From: an uncultured delta proteobacterium
Lineage (GTDB): Bacteria; Myxococcota; Myxococcia; Myxococcales; Myxococcaceae
Assembly (NCBI GenBank): GCA_963796055.1
Contig: CAWCKH010000005.1
Span: 128,001-192,000, forward strand
Direction: 5' to 3'
Length of the DNA stretch: 64,000 bases
Position 1 is the stretch's first letter, and each line of letters begins with the position of its first letter. The notes beneath the pieces were generated by a model that saw nothing but the letters and a program-made list of their open reading frames with translations, was not told where the DNA came from and did no database searches. Shown here piece by piece: positions 1 to 9,929 of the stretch. Position numbers and translations under genes: made by a program.

Positions 1-1
1 C

Positions 2-124
2 CTGAGCCAGCTCCTCACCCTGTACACCACCCCCGTCATCTACCTGTTCATGGACCGGTTCTCGCGCCACCGTCGGCGGCTGCCGGACGGCTCGCCCGCC
101 CCGGCGCTTGTCCCCGCCAGCTGA
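2..124 (+). CDS. C-terminus of an RND efflux permease (MdtB/MdtC-like), partial
   Basis: Frame 2 reads LSQLLTLYTTPVIYLFMDRF...PAS*, typical of the last TM helix of MdtB/C. Confidence 0.8.
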   Translation: MSQLLTLYTTPVIYLFMDRFSRHRRRLPDGSPAPALVPAS

Positions 125-178
125 CCAATCCGGAAGAGGGGCTTGCGGTGGGCAGCGGTCCGGTTAAGGACGCTGGTC

Positions 179-1858
179 ATGGCCGAGACGCCCCTTCCAG
201 TGGAGCGGCGGGAACAGATGTTTCCCGTCCTGACCCCGCCGCAGCTGCAGCGCATCGCGCACTACGGCACCCGCCGAGCGGTGAAGGACGGGGAAGTCCT
301 CTTTCGCCAGGGCGACGAGGGCGTGCACTTCTACGTCCTCCTGAGCGGGGAGCTGGACATCGTCCGTCCCGACGGCGAGGGCGAGAGCCTCATCGTCCGG
401 CACCAGCCCGGGAACTTCACCGGGGAGACCGCCATGCTCTCCGGTCGCCGGGCGCTGGCCACCGGCCGGTTCAGGGGCAACGGGGAGGTGGTGGACATCC
501 CTCCCTCGGCACTGCGGAACCTGGTGGTGACCGACGCCGAGCTCAGTGAGCTCCTGATGCGGGCGTTCATTCTCCGCCGTGTGAGCCTCATCTCCAACAG
601 TCTCGGCGACGCCGTGGTCCTGGGCTCGCGGCATTGCGCCCGCACGCTCGGGCTCCGGGAGTTCCTCACCCGCAACGGCCATCCGTTCACCTACCTCGAC
701 GTCGAGCAGGACGAGGGCGCGCGGGCCCTGGTCGAACGTTTCCACATCAGCCCGCAGGACATCCCGGTGCTCATCTGCCGCGGCACGAAGGTCCTCCGGG
801 CGCCCAGCAACGCCGAGGTCGCCGAGTGCCTGGGCTTCAACGCGGGCATCACGACCGATGCGGTGCGCGACGTGGTGGTGGTGGGCGCCGGACCGGCGGG
901 GCTCTCGGCCGCGGTGTACGCCGCCAGCGAGGGGCTGGACGTGCTGGTGCTGGAGGCGAATGCGCCCGGCGGGCAGGCCGGATCGAGCTCGAAGATCGAG
1001 AACTACCTCGGCTTCCCCACCGGGATCTCCGGACAGGCCCTGGCCGGCCGCGCGTTCACCCAGGCCCAGAAGTTCGGAGCCAGCGTGGCCATCGCTCGCA
1101 ACGTCGCCCGGCTGGACTGCAGCGTTCGTCCCTACGCGGTCGAGCTGGACAATGGGGAGCGGATCCGTGCCCGCGCGGTCGTGATCGCGAGTGGAGCGCG
1201 CTACCGGAGGCTCGCGGTGGAGAACCTCGCCCAGTTCGAGAACGCCGGCGTGTACTACGGAGCGACCTTCGTCGAGGCCAAGCTGTGCGAGGGCGAGGAG
1301 GTGGTGGTCATCGGCGGGGGGAACTCTGCTGGGCAGGCCGCGGTCTACCTCTCCGGCATCGCGCGGCACGTGCACATGCTGGTGCGCTCGGGCGGTCTGG
1401 CGGACACCATGTCCCGTTACCTCATCCGGCGCATCGAGGACACCCCGACCATCACCCTGCGGACCCGGACGCAGATCACCGGGCTGACGGGGACCGGCGC
1501 GCTGGAGGCGCTGCGCTGGACGAACAGCGCCAGCGGGGAGAGCGAGGACCGTCCGATCCGCCACATCTTCTGCATGATGGGCGCGGATCCCTGCACCAGC
1601 TGGCTCCAGGGGTGCGTGGCGCTGGACGACAAGGGGTTCGTGAAGACCGGACAGGACCTGCTGCCCGAGGACCTCCAGAGCACCGGCTGGCAGCTCACCC
1701 GCCACCCGCTGCTCCTGGAGACCTCCCGGCCTGGCATCTTCGCCGTGGGGGACGTCCGGGCGGGCAACGTGAAGCGGGTGGCCTCGGCGGTGGGCGAGGG
1801 CAGCATCTCCATCCAGCTGGTGCACCGGGTCCTCGCGGGTCTGAGCGCCGCAGGCTGA
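179..1858 (+). CDS. Cyclic-nucleotide-binding domain / thioredoxin reductase-like FAD oxidoreductase
   Basis: cNMP domain (LFRQGD...GE..LSG), GAGPAG FAD motif, IENYLGFP, GGGNSA NADPH motif, GIFAVGDVR. Confidence 0.9.
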   Translation: MAETPLPVERREQMFPVLTPPQLQRIAHYGTRRAVKDGEVLFRQGDEGVHFYVLLSGELDIVRPDGEGESLIVRHQPGNFTGETAMLSGRRALATGRFRGNGEVVDIPPSALRNLVVTDAELSELLMRAFILRRVSLISNSLGDAVVLGSRHCARTLGLREFLTRNGHPFTYLDVEQDEGARALVERFHISPQDIPVLICRGTKVLRAPSNAEVAECLGFNAGITTDAVRDVVVVGAGPAGLSAAVYAASEGLDVLVLEANAPGGQAGSSSKIENYLGFPTGISGQALAGRAFTQAQKFGASVAIARNVARLDCSVRPYAVELDNGERIRARAVVIASGARYRRLAVENLAQFENAGVYYGATFVEAKLCEGEEVVVIGGGNSAGQAAVYLSGIARHVHMLVRSGGLADTMSRYLIRRIEDTPTITLRTRTQITGLTGTGALEALRWTNSASGESEDRPIRHIFCMMGADPCTSWLQGCVALDDKGFVKTGQDLLPEDLQSTGWQLTRHPLLLETSRPGIFAVGDVRAGNVKRVASAVGEGSISIQLVHRVLAGLSAAG

Positions 1859-1899
1859 GACCTGGTCCAGCCCTCCGCCCGGGGTAGTCTCGTCGTCCC

Positions 1900-2697
1900 G
1901 TGACCTGCGCCCGCGGACTCCGCTCTCTCCTCCTCGTCACCGCGCTCCTCGCCACGACCCGCGCCGCGGCCCAGGACGCGTTCGAGATCCAGGTCTACGA
2001 CGCTGTCACCGCCGGTCCGCTCGAGCCGGGCCTCGAGGTCCACCTCAACCACTTCTTCGAGGGGACGACCGAGCCCAGCCCCGCGGGCGAGGTGCCGACC
2101 GAGCACCTGACGCACGTCACCTTCGAGCCGCACCTGGGGCTCACCCGGTGGTGGGAGCTCGGGCTCTACATCCAGACCGTGCTCCGACCCGATGGAAGCT
2201 GGGACTCGGGAGGGATGAAGCTCCGCACCAAGTTCCGCTGGCCCGAGCCGGTGGGCGCGTTCCGCTTCGCCCTCAACTTCGAGCTGTCCCGCACCTCCAA
2301 GCTCTACGAGGCCGACGGCTGGGGTTCCGAGGTCAGGCCGATCGTCGATGCGCGGTGGGGCCGCTGGTACCTGGCCATCAATCCCATCGTGAGCCTCCCG
2401 CTCGCCGGCGAGGACGCCTGGAAGCCGGACTTCGAGCCCGCGACCAAGGTGAGCTTCGACGTGGGTAGCAGCTGGGCGGTGGGGCTCGAGACCTACTCGG
2501 CCTTCGGTCAGTTCGGGAACTTCCTGCCCTGGGACCAGCAGACGCACCGGGTGTTCGCCGTGGTCGACGCAACGTGGAGCTGGTTCGCGCTCAACTTCGG
2601 CGTGGGGTACGGGACCGGACCCGAGAAGTGGATCGTCAAGGCGATCCTCACCTTCGCTCCTCCCGAGGAGTCCCCGGAGCTCCCCTCTCCACGCTGA
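1900..2697 (+). CDS. Exported protein, probable outer-membrane beta-barrel
   Basis: Signal peptide (AAA-Q); aromatic-rich alternating beta-strand pattern. Confidence 0.6.
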   Translation: MTCARGLRSLLLVTALLATTRAAAQDAFEIQVYDAVTAGPLEPGLEVHLNHFFEGTTEPSPAGEVPTEHLTHVTFEPHLGLTRWWELGLYIQTVLRPDGSWDSGGMKLRTKFRWPEPVGAFRFALNFELSRTSKLYEADGWGSEVRPIVDARWGRWYLAINPIVSLPLAGEDAWKPDFEPATKVSFDVGSSWAVGLETYSAFGQFGNFLPWDQQTHRVFAVVDATWSWFALNFGVGYGTGPEKWIVKAILTFAPPEESPELPSPR

Positions 2698-2706
2698 GCA
2701 CGCTGC

Positions 2707-3498
2707 TCAGTGCATGTGCCAGCCGTGGCTGGCGACCATCAGCTGCCCGGTGAGGGCGGCACTGGGGAAGGCGGCCAGGTCGATGGCCAGCTGCGCGATG
2801 TCCTCCAGGGTGGTGAACTCGCCGTCCACCGTGCTCCCGAGCATCACCTTCTTCACCACCTCTTCCTCGCTGATGCCCAGGGTCTTCGCCTGCTCGGGGA
2901 TCTGCTTCTCCACCAGCGGGGTACGGACGAAGCCAGGGCAGATGACGTTGGTGCGGACCCCGATCGTCGCCCCCTCCTTCGCCGCGGCGCGGGCCAGGCC
3001 GAGCAGCCCGTGCTTGGCCGCGACGTAGGCGGCCTTGAGCGCCGAGGCCTCCACGCTGTGCACGCTGCCCATGTACAGGAGGAGCCCGCCCTTCCCCGCG
3101 GACTGCCAGTGGCGCATCGCCGCTCGCGTCAACAGGAAGCCACCGTCGAGGTGGATGGCGAGGACCCGGCGCCAGTCGGCGAGCTGGAACTCGGTGATGG
3201 GCGCGATGTGCTGCACCCCGGCGTTGCTCACCGCCACGTCCAGCCGGCCGAGCACGCGGACCGTCTCCGCCACGCCCTTCTCCACCTGCTCCTCGGAGGT
3301 GACGTCCATGGGGAGCGCCAGGGCACGCCCGCCCCGCTCCTCGACGGCCCTGGCCACGGCCCGGGCGCCGTCCAGGTTCACGTCGGCGATCGCCACCGCG
3401 GCTCCCTCCCGGGCGAAGCCCTCGGCCATCGCCCGGCCCAGACCTCCGCCTCCGCCCGTCACCAGAATCGCCCGCCCTGGAAGTCGCATCGTGCACAC
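2707..3498 (-). CDS. bdhA: 3-hydroxybutyrate dehydrogenase (SDR)
   Basis: TGGGGGLG, NAGVQH, GSVHS, K-AAYVAAKHG, CPGFVRTPLVEKQI. Confidence 0.85.
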   Translation of the reverse strand: MCTMRLPGRAILVTGGGGGLGRAMAEGFAREGAAVAIADVNLDGARAVARAVEERGGRALALPMDVTSEEQVEKGVAETVRVLGRLDVAVSNAGVQHIAPITEFQLADWRRVLAIHLDGGFLLTRAAMRHWQSAGKGGLLLYMGSVHSVEASALKAAYVAAKHGLLGLARAAAKEGATIGVRTNVICPGFVRTPLVEKQIPEQAKTLGISEEEVVKKVMLGSTVDGEFTTLEDIAQLAIDLAAFPSAALTGQLMVASHGWHMH

Positions 3499-3667
3499 TC
3501 CTGTCTGCCGAAGGGTCCGCCCGCGGCCGGCCCGGGAGTCTGCCCCAGCGGGACGCCACCGGCCACGCTGGCGGAGCCCATCCCCCCACCGGCTGCACCA
3601 GGGCTCCCGGCCGGCCCGGCTCCTGCGCTAAGGAGGAGGGCCTTTCTGGCAGGGAGGCCTGGTTCCG

Positions 3668-4176
3668 ATGAAGCGCGCCGTGCTCGCCGTCACGATGGTC
3701 CTCGCCGCCGCGGCGGGGGCACAGGAGCCGCCCAAGCCCCCCTCGGCCTGTGGCCCCTGGTGACCTACTCCAGCGGGGTCAACCTGTACCTGAACGGCGA
3801 CGAGCTGGAGGTCGTCCACGTCACCCGGGCCGGAAACTACCCCTTCATCGACCTGGACGCCGGCGGCTCGATCGACGGAGTCGTCGCCGCGGCCGACCAG
3901 GTGCTGGCGATGATCGACGACCGGACCAAGCTCATCCCCGGCCACGGGGCGCTCGCGACCAAGGCCGATCTCCGGACCTACCGCGAGATGGTGGGCGGCA
4001 TCCGTGACCGGGTGAGGACGCTCATCGCCCAGGGCAAGACGCTGGAGCAGATCCTCGCCGCCAAGCCGAGCGCGCAGTGGGACGCGACCTGGGGCAAGGG
4101 CTTCATCGGCCCCGACCTGTTCGTGAGCACCGTCCACCGGAGCCTCACCGAGTCGAAGCCCACGGGGCCGAAGTGA
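3668..4176 (+). pseudogene. Degraded exported MBL-fold metallo-hydrolase (cyclase-like)
   Basis: RBS plus ATG 3668 gives signal peptide MKRAVLAVTMVLAAAAGAQ, then a stop. Another frame carries the C-terminal MBL segment (YPFIDLDAGGSIDG, KLIPGHG). HxHxDH and HT-GD motifs are absent. Confidence 0.7.
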
Positions 4177-4550
4177 CCGAGTCCTCGCCGCCGGAGCGGT
4201 CTCCGGGGGCGAAGCGCCCGGTGTCCATCTTCCTCACCGTGGCCTGCGCCTTCGCCGGACTGGCGGATCTGCAGGCGTTCGCCTTCGCCTTCTCGCGCGA
4301 GAACCGGCAGCGGTTCGCCGCCACGCCCTGGGTCCTCCCGGTGGGTGCCGCGGTGGCTCTCTTCCAGATCGCCTGCCTGGTGCTCCTCTGGCGCGGGCGG
4401 AGAACGGGCCTGTTCGGCTTCGTGGCCCTGGCGCTGGTCCAGGCCCTCGCGCTCGCCCCGGTGGTGGGAGCCTGGGCGCTCTGCTCCCTCGTGCCGGCGA
4501 TGCTGGTGGGGGCGGCGGGGGCGTGGAACTGGGAGCGCCTCCGCTCGTGA
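4173..4550 (+). CDS. Hypothetical membrane protein
   Basis: GTG overlapping upstream stop; about 4 hydrophobic segments. Confidence 0.6.
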   Translation: MTESSPPERSPGAKRPVSIFLTVACAFAGLADLQAFAFAFSRENRQRFAATPWVLPVGAAVALFQIACLVLLWRGRRTGLFGFVALALVQALALAPVVGAWALCSLVPAMLVGAAGAWNWERLRS

Positions 4551-4555
4551 CCGCG

Positions 4556-4927
4556 TCAGGCTCCGCCTGGCTCGACCACCACCGCGCTGCCGTAGCAGAG
4601 CACCTCGGTCACCCCCGCCGAGATCTCGGTGGCGTCGTATCGCGCGCCGATCACCGCATTGGCGCCGATCTGCCGCGCGTGCAGCGCCATCAGCTCGAAG
4701 GCCTCGCGGCGCGCCTGCTCGCACATCTCGGTCCACAGGGTGATGTTGCCCCCGAACAGGGTCTGCAACCCGGCGACGAAGGTGCCGACGATGTTGCGCG
4801 AGCGGACCACGATGCCCCGCACCACCCCCAGGTTCCGGACCACCCGGTGACCCGGCAGCTCGAAGGTGGTGGTCACCCGATCGAGCGGAAGCGTGGAGAG
4901 GGTGGTCAGCGGCGCACGGCTGCTCAT
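4556..4927 (-). CDS. YbjQ/UPF0145 family protein
   Basis: [14 protein letters not shown]...[15 protein letters not shown]...EVLCYGSAV. Confidence 0.9.
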   Translation of the reverse strand: MSSRAPLTTLSTLPLDRVTTTFELPGHRVVRNLGVVRGIVVRSRNIVGTFVAGLQTLFGGNITLWTEMCEQARREAFELMALHARQIGANAVIGARYDATEISAGVTEVLCYGSAVVVEPGGA

Positions 4928-5096
4928 GGTCGGCCTCCGGACGGCGGGGCGGGTCGAAGGTTGCCGGGACGGAAGAGTCTCCCTAGCCTTTTCCGGCCAG
5001 GCGCGCACTCGCCTACTTCGGCCCGGGAAAGGTCAAGGTGGTCGGCAAGCCGGAGCTGGACGCTACTTCTCGCCGCCGACCGGCTCGAGGTACGCC

Positions 5097-5618
5097 TCAC
5101 CCGGACGAAGCGCTGGCTCGCCTTCGGCGCGGGAGCCCCCGCGCTCTGGGCGACTCTGCGCGCGATCGAGAAACGCTGAGCGGCTCCGGCTGGGAGACCA
5201 CCTGGCGCAGCAGTCTGGCCAGGGCCCGCCGCTCGGTGGGGCGGAGCACCGCGAGCACCGGGGCGGTGGCCTGGTCCACCAGCGGCCGCAGTTGACGGAA
5301 CCAGCGCAGACCCGCCGAGGTCAGCTCCACCCGCCGCCGCCGCCGATCGGAGGGATCGGTGCCACGGGTGGTGAGACCCTTCCGCTCCAGCTCGTCCAGC
5401 TGGCGCGAGACGCCGGCCGGATGCTGCGCCGAAGCGTCGGCGAGCTCGCGCTGAGTGACCGGACCCAGCTCCGCCAGCCGATTCACCAGGCTCCAGGCCA
5501 CCACCGACTCGCCACGCGCCGCCAGCGCCCGGGCCGCGGCGATCCACAGCCGGCGCCGGGTCTGCCCCACCAGCCGGACCAGCTCCGCCGTCGCACGGTC
5601 TGCCTCTGGCGTCTTCAC
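5097..5618 (-). CDS. MarR family transcriptional regulator
   Basis: wHTH with TQRELA...VSRQLDELERKG...DPSDRRRRRVELT. Confidence 0.85.
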   Translation of the reverse strand: MKTPEADRATAELVRLVGQTRRRLWIAAARALAARGESVVAWSLVNRLAELGPVTQRELADASAQHPAGVSRQLDELERKGLTTRGTDPSDRRRRRVELTSAGLRWFRQLRPLVDQATAPVLAVLRPTERRALARLLRQVVSQPEPLSVSRSRAESPRARGLPRRRRASASSG

Positions 5619-5782
5619 GCTTCTTCACGCTCGTAGCGTTCTCTCCCGGGCGCTGTCCAGCTTCGGGAAGAGTCCCCGCTCCTTTTCCGCCGGCGGCGCC
5701 CCAGTTCGGGCGGCGAAGGGCCGGGCCCCGCGCTATACGGCTGCGCCGTTCACCCCCCAGGGCACCTCAGGAGTCGGAACAG

Positions 5783-7216
5783 GTGAGTGCTACTCGAAAA
5801 CCACGTCGCGTCCGCCGCACCGCGCCGGTGCTCTCGCTGGTACCGGTGCTCGTCCTCGCTGCATCCGCCACGGCCCAGGAACGCTCCGCGACCCCGCTGC
5901 TCAGCTTGGATGCGGGGTTCACCCAGGCGACGGCCTCCTCGCCCGACACCGTCCGTGCAGTGACCCGGAAGATCAGCCTCCGGGACGCGGTGGGGCAGGC
6001 CATCCAGCGGAATCCCAGCGCGCTCGTCGCCGCGGCGGACATCCGCCGGGTCGGAGGCCTGATGGAAGAGGTCCGCGCGGCCTCGCTGCCGACGCTCTCG
6101 GTGAACGCGACGTACACCCGGCTCAACAAGGATCGCACCTTCGCCGCCAGCGGCTCCGACGGGGGGACGGAGAACGTGGTCGTGGCGAGCAAGGACTCGA
6201 TCAACATCACCGGCTCGCTCGCGATCCCGCTCATCGCGCCGCAGGCGTGGGCCAACTGGTCGCGGGCCGCCGATCAGCTGGAGACCTCGAAGTTCTCGGA
6301 GCGCGACGTGCAGCGAACGGTGGGCATCACCACCGCCCGGGCCTACCTCACCGTGTTCGCCCAGAAGCGGCAGGTGGAGGTCAACCGGCAGGCGCGGGAC
6401 AACTCGCTGGCCCACATGCAGTACGCGGACGCCCGGCTCCGCGGCGGAATCGGTAACCGGGTGGACTGGGCGCGCGCCGGTCAGGACCTGGAGCAGAACG
6501 AGGCGCTCCTCCAGAGCAGCTACGCCAACCTGTACCGGAGCCAGGAGGCGCTGGGCATCCTCCTGGGCGAGGACGAGCCGGTCGACGTCGAGGACATCCC
6601 GGCGATCCCGCAGATGCCCACCTTCGAGCAGGCGATCGAGGAGTCGCAGGGGCGCGCGGACATTCTGCTCTTCCGGCAGGAGGAGAAGGCTGCGGACCGC
6701 TCGCTCAACCTGAGCTGGACGGAGTACCTCCCCAACATCACCGTCGTCGGCCAGCCCTTCTACCAGGAGCCCTCGTCGCTCACGACGCCCAAGACCGGGT
6801 GGCAGATCCAGGCCCTCCTCACCTGGTACCTGTACGACGGCGGGGCTCGCTACGGCCGCACCCACCAGCGGGAGGCGGTCCTCGAGCAGGCCCGCATCCA
6901 GCTCGACGCGACGCTCCGGCAGGCGAACTCCGACGTGCGCGCAGCCATCGACAACGTGGAGCGCACCACGGCTGCGGTCGAGCGGCAGCGCAACTCGGCG
7001 ACGCTGGCGGACGACGCGATGCGCCTGGCCGACATCGCCTACCGCGCCGGGGCGAGCACCAACCTCGAGCTCATCGACGCGCAGCGCCGCGCCCGGGACG
7101 CCGAGACGCTGGCCAACATCGCCGAGGACAACCAGCGCCAGGCGTACATCGACCTGCTGGCGGCCTCCGGTCGCTTCCCTGCCGAGCTGGCGCAGCAGCC
7201 CCCGGCCCCGCGCTGA
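5783..7216 (+). CDS. TolC family outer membrane efflux protein
   Basis: Signal peptide, SLRDAVGQAIQRNP, YRAGASTNLELIDAQ. Confidence 0.9.
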   Translation: MSATRKPRRVRRTAPVLSLVPVLVLAASATAQERSATPLLSLDAGFTQATASSPDTVRAVTRKISLRDAVGQAIQRNPSALVAAADIRRVGGLMEEVRAASLPTLSVNATYTRLNKDRTFAASGSDGGTENVVVASKDSINITGSLAIPLIAPQAWANWSRAADQLETSKFSERDVQRTVGITTARAYLTVFAQKRQVEVNRQARDNSLAHMQYADARLRGGIGNRVDWARAGQDLEQNEALLQSSYANLYRSQEALGILLGEDEPVDVEDIPAIPQMPTFEQAIEESQGRADILLFRQEEKAADRSLNLSWTEYLPNITVVGQPFYQEPSSLTTPKTGWQIQALLTWYLYDGGARYGRTHQREAVLEQARIQLDATLRQANSDVRAAIDNVERTTAAVERQRNSATLADDAMRLADIAYRAGASTNLELIDAQRRARDAETLANIAEDNQRQAYIDLLAASGRFPAELAQQPPAPR

Positions 7217-7264
7217 CCCCGAGGATGCTGTAAGAACTTCTCACGTGGCTGGAAACAGCTGGCC

Positions 7265-8251
7265 GTGACACACTGGAAGGACATGCTGCTTCGGTACACA
7301 TCTGACCGGCGGACGCTGGCCTGGGCTCTTGCTATGCCGGTCGTCGCCCTCCTCCCCTACGTCCGACCGGAGCTGGCCACCTGGTTGTGGCCCCTCAGCT
7401 GTTACCTCGCCCTCTCCGCCGGGGTGATCGCGCACAACCACAACCACACGCCCACGTTCCGCGGCCGCAAGCTGAACGCCATCTTCGGGAACTGGCTGAG
7501 CATCTTCTACGGCTACCCGACCTACGCCTGGGTCCCCACGCACAACCTCAACCACCACAAGTTCGTGAACAAGGCCGGGGATGCGACCATCACCTGGCGC
7601 TTCAGCAACAAGCACAACGCGCTGGTGGCCGGAACCTACTTCTTCGTTTCCAGCTATTACCAGGCGGAGCCGATCAAGGACTACATCCGGAAGGCGAAGG
7701 AGAAGAATCCCCAGCTCTACCGGACGATCATCGGGCAGTACGTCTTCTTCGTCGGGACGCACCTGGCGCTGCTCGCGCTGGCGATCGCCCTCCACGGCTG
7801 GAGGACCGGCCTCCGCTTGTGGGGTCTGATGTTCCTCGTCCCGGCGCTGTTCGCGCTGTGGACCATCATGTTCTTCAACTACATCCAGCACGTGCATACC
7901 GATCCGTGGAGCGAGCACAATCACTCCCGGAGCTGGATATCTCCGGTCCTGAACTTCCTGCTCTTCAACAACGGGTACCACTCGGCGCACCACGAGCTGG
8001 CCGGGGCGCACTGGAGCACCTTGTCCGAGCTGCACCGGAAGCTGGCGCCGGACATCGATCCGCGCCTGAACGAGAAGAGCTTCTGGTGGTTCTGCCTCCG
8101 GAACTACCTCCTCGCACCATTCTTCCCCTCGCTGGGGACGCGCCAGATCGGCCGCGCTCCCTTCGACGATCCCGCGCTCGCGGTGCCCTCCGCCCCGGTC
8201 ACGGCGGAGGTGGACGCGTTCGAGTCCGGGGTGAACGCCGCCCGCGCCTGA
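7265..8251 (+). CDS. Fatty acid desaturase family protein
   Basis: His boxes HNHNH, HNLNHH, QHVH, YHSAHH; TM segments. Confidence 0.9.
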   Translation: MTHWKDMLLRYTSDRRTLAWALAMPVVALLPYVRPELATWLWPLSCYLALSAGVIAHNHNHTPTFRGRKLNAIFGNWLSIFYGYPTYAWVPTHNLNHHKFVNKAGDATITWRFSNKHNALVAGTYFFVSSYYQAEPIKDYIRKAKEKNPQLYRTIIGQYVFFVGTHLALLALAIALHGWRTGLRLWGLMFLVPALFALWTIMFFNYIQHVHTDPWSEHNHSRSWISPVLNFLLFNNGYHSAHHELAGAHWSTLSELHRKLAPDIDPRLNEKSFWWFCLRNYLLAPFFPSLGTRQIGRAPFDDPALAVPSAPVTAEVDAFESGVNAARA

Positions 8252-8981
8252 GCCACACCAGCCGGAGCAGCCTCGCCCACTCCCTGCCCTCGCGCTCGGC
8301 GAGCGCATCGACCGTCTCGAGCAGCCGCTGCACCCCGGCGGGCCCGAGCGCCGGCCCGCCGTAAGAGAGCGAGCGCACCACGCGGCGAAGCGCCTCCGGC
8401 CCGAGCGGGACGCGCTGCTGCCAGACTTCTTCCCCGGGACGCCCCGGACCGGCGGCCAGCACCAGGAACTGCCGGGTCCGCGCCGCCGTCGGAAGGGTCC
8501 GGGCCTTCGGGTTGGCGGCGTGCAGCAACGCCCGCAACCCGCGCATGAACGGGGTGTCGAGCGGCTCGGGAGCGAGCACCGCCGCCACCCCGTCCGGCGC
8601 GAGCAGCCGCCTGGCCTCTGCTCCCGCCGCATCCGGTCGGACCCACTGGACCGCATCGGCGAGGAGCACCAGACCCGCTCCCTGTGGGCCGAGGCCGGTG
8701 GACTCGGCCGGGGCCAGCACCGGCGACACGTCGAGGCCGGTGCAGATCTCGGCGCACACCGCGAGCATGGCCCGCGCAGGCTCGACGGCGAGGACCGGGT
8801 GCCCACGACGGGCGAGCGGCGCGGCGAGGAGCCCCGTGCCCGCGCCGAGGTCCACCACCGGACGGCCGTTCCCGGCGAGCTCCGACAGCCGCGCCACGAG
8901 CGCGTCCGGATACGGAGGCCGGGCTCGGTAGTCCTCGGCGAGGCGCTCGAAGACACGAGGCGCGTCAGACTCCGGGATCAA
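8199..8981 (-). CDS. Class I SAM-dependent methyltransferase
   Basis: YRARPPYP, VVDLGAGTG, AVEP. Confidence 0.85.
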   Translation of the reverse strand: MIPESDAPRVFERLAEDYRARPPYPDALVARLSELAGNGRPVVDLGAGTGLLAAPLARRGHPVLAVEPARAMLAVCAEICTGLDVSPVLAPAESTGLGPQGAGLVLLADAVQWVRPDAAGAEARRLLAPDGVAAVLAPEPLDTPFMRGLRALLHAANPKARTLPTAARTRQFLVLAAGPGRPGEEVWQQRVPLGPEALRRVVRSLSYGGPALGPAGVQRLLETVDALAEREGREWARLLRLVWLRRGRRSPRTRTRPPPP

Positions 8982-9130
8982 CGGCAGCCACCGGGGGACC
9001 GGCGAGCCCAGCTCCTCCCCTGCTCCAAGACCAGGTGCTCCTCTCCGCCAGACGGCCGTCGCCCCGCCTGCTCACCACCGGCACGGCTGTGCTGTGATGA
9101 GTGTTCCCGCATCGGGACGCCGCACGGAGT

Positions 9131-9856
9131 ATGCCTCCATTGAACCTCCTGCTCCTCCAGCCCGACGAGCTCTCCGCCGACGGCACGGCCCGGCTGGGCG
9201 GCGCGCGCCTCCGCCATCTCCGTGAGGTGCTTGGCGTGGCTCCCGGCCGGACCATCCGGGTGGGTATGCTGGGGGGCAGGGTCGGCACCGCGGAGGTGCG
9301 CCTGCTCGAAGAGCACGAGGCCATGCTCGAGGTCACGCTCGAGGCGCCGCCTCCTCCGAGGCCGGGCGTCGATCTGATCCTCGCCGTCCCGAGGCCCAAG
9401 GCCCTTCGCCGCATCCTCGCCGCCGCGGCCTCCCTGGGGGTGGACCGGCTGGTGCTGCTCGCCGCGGCGCGGGTGGAGAAGAGCTACCTGGGCTCGCCCG
9501 TGCTCGCTCCGGAGCGCATCCGCCAGCACCTGCTCGACGGACTCGAGCAGGCGCAGGACACCGTCCTCCCCGAGGTCCTGCTCGAGCCTCGCTTCCGCCC
9601 CTTCGTCGAGGACCGGATGGACGCGCTGCTGGGCCCGGGCGAGCGCTGGCTCCTGCACCCGGGCGACGAGGGGTCCCGGCATCCCTCCGACGAGGGACGG
9701 CTCGCTCTGGCCATCGGCCCCGAGGGCGGCTGGGTGCCGTTCGAGCGCGCCCTGCTCGAGGAGCGCGGGTTCCGCCCACTCGGCTTCGGCCCCCGGACGC
9801 TCCGCACCGAGACCATCGTTCCCTTCGCGCTGGGGTGGGCCACCGGCCGGCGCTGA
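9131..9856 (+). CDS. rsmE: 16S rRNA m3U1498 methyltransferase RsmE
   Basis: HLREVL, AIGPEGGW, GPRTLRTET SPOUT motifs. Confidence 0.9.
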   Translation: MPPLNLLLLQPDELSADGTARLGGARLRHLREVLGVAPGRTIRVGMLGGRVGTAEVRLLEEHEAMLEVTLEAPPPPRPGVDLILAVPRPKALRRILAAAASLGVDRLVLLAAARVEKSYLGSPVLAPERIRQHLLDGLEQAQDTVLPEVLLEPRFRPFVEDRMDALLGPGERWLLHPGDEGSRHPSDEGRLALAIGPEGGWVPFERALLEERGFRPLGFGPRTLRTETIVPFALGWATGRR

Positions 9857-9929
9857 GCAGCGGGCTGGACCTGTACCTCGGCGCGACCGGGCGGTAGTTT
9901 CCCCGGCCTCGAACGGAGGCTCGCTCCTC

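Noticed and set aside
2707..3498. bdhA as part of the sigma54 regulon
   Set aside because: More than 33 kb away and no GTTAC-N5-GTAAC site seen upstream
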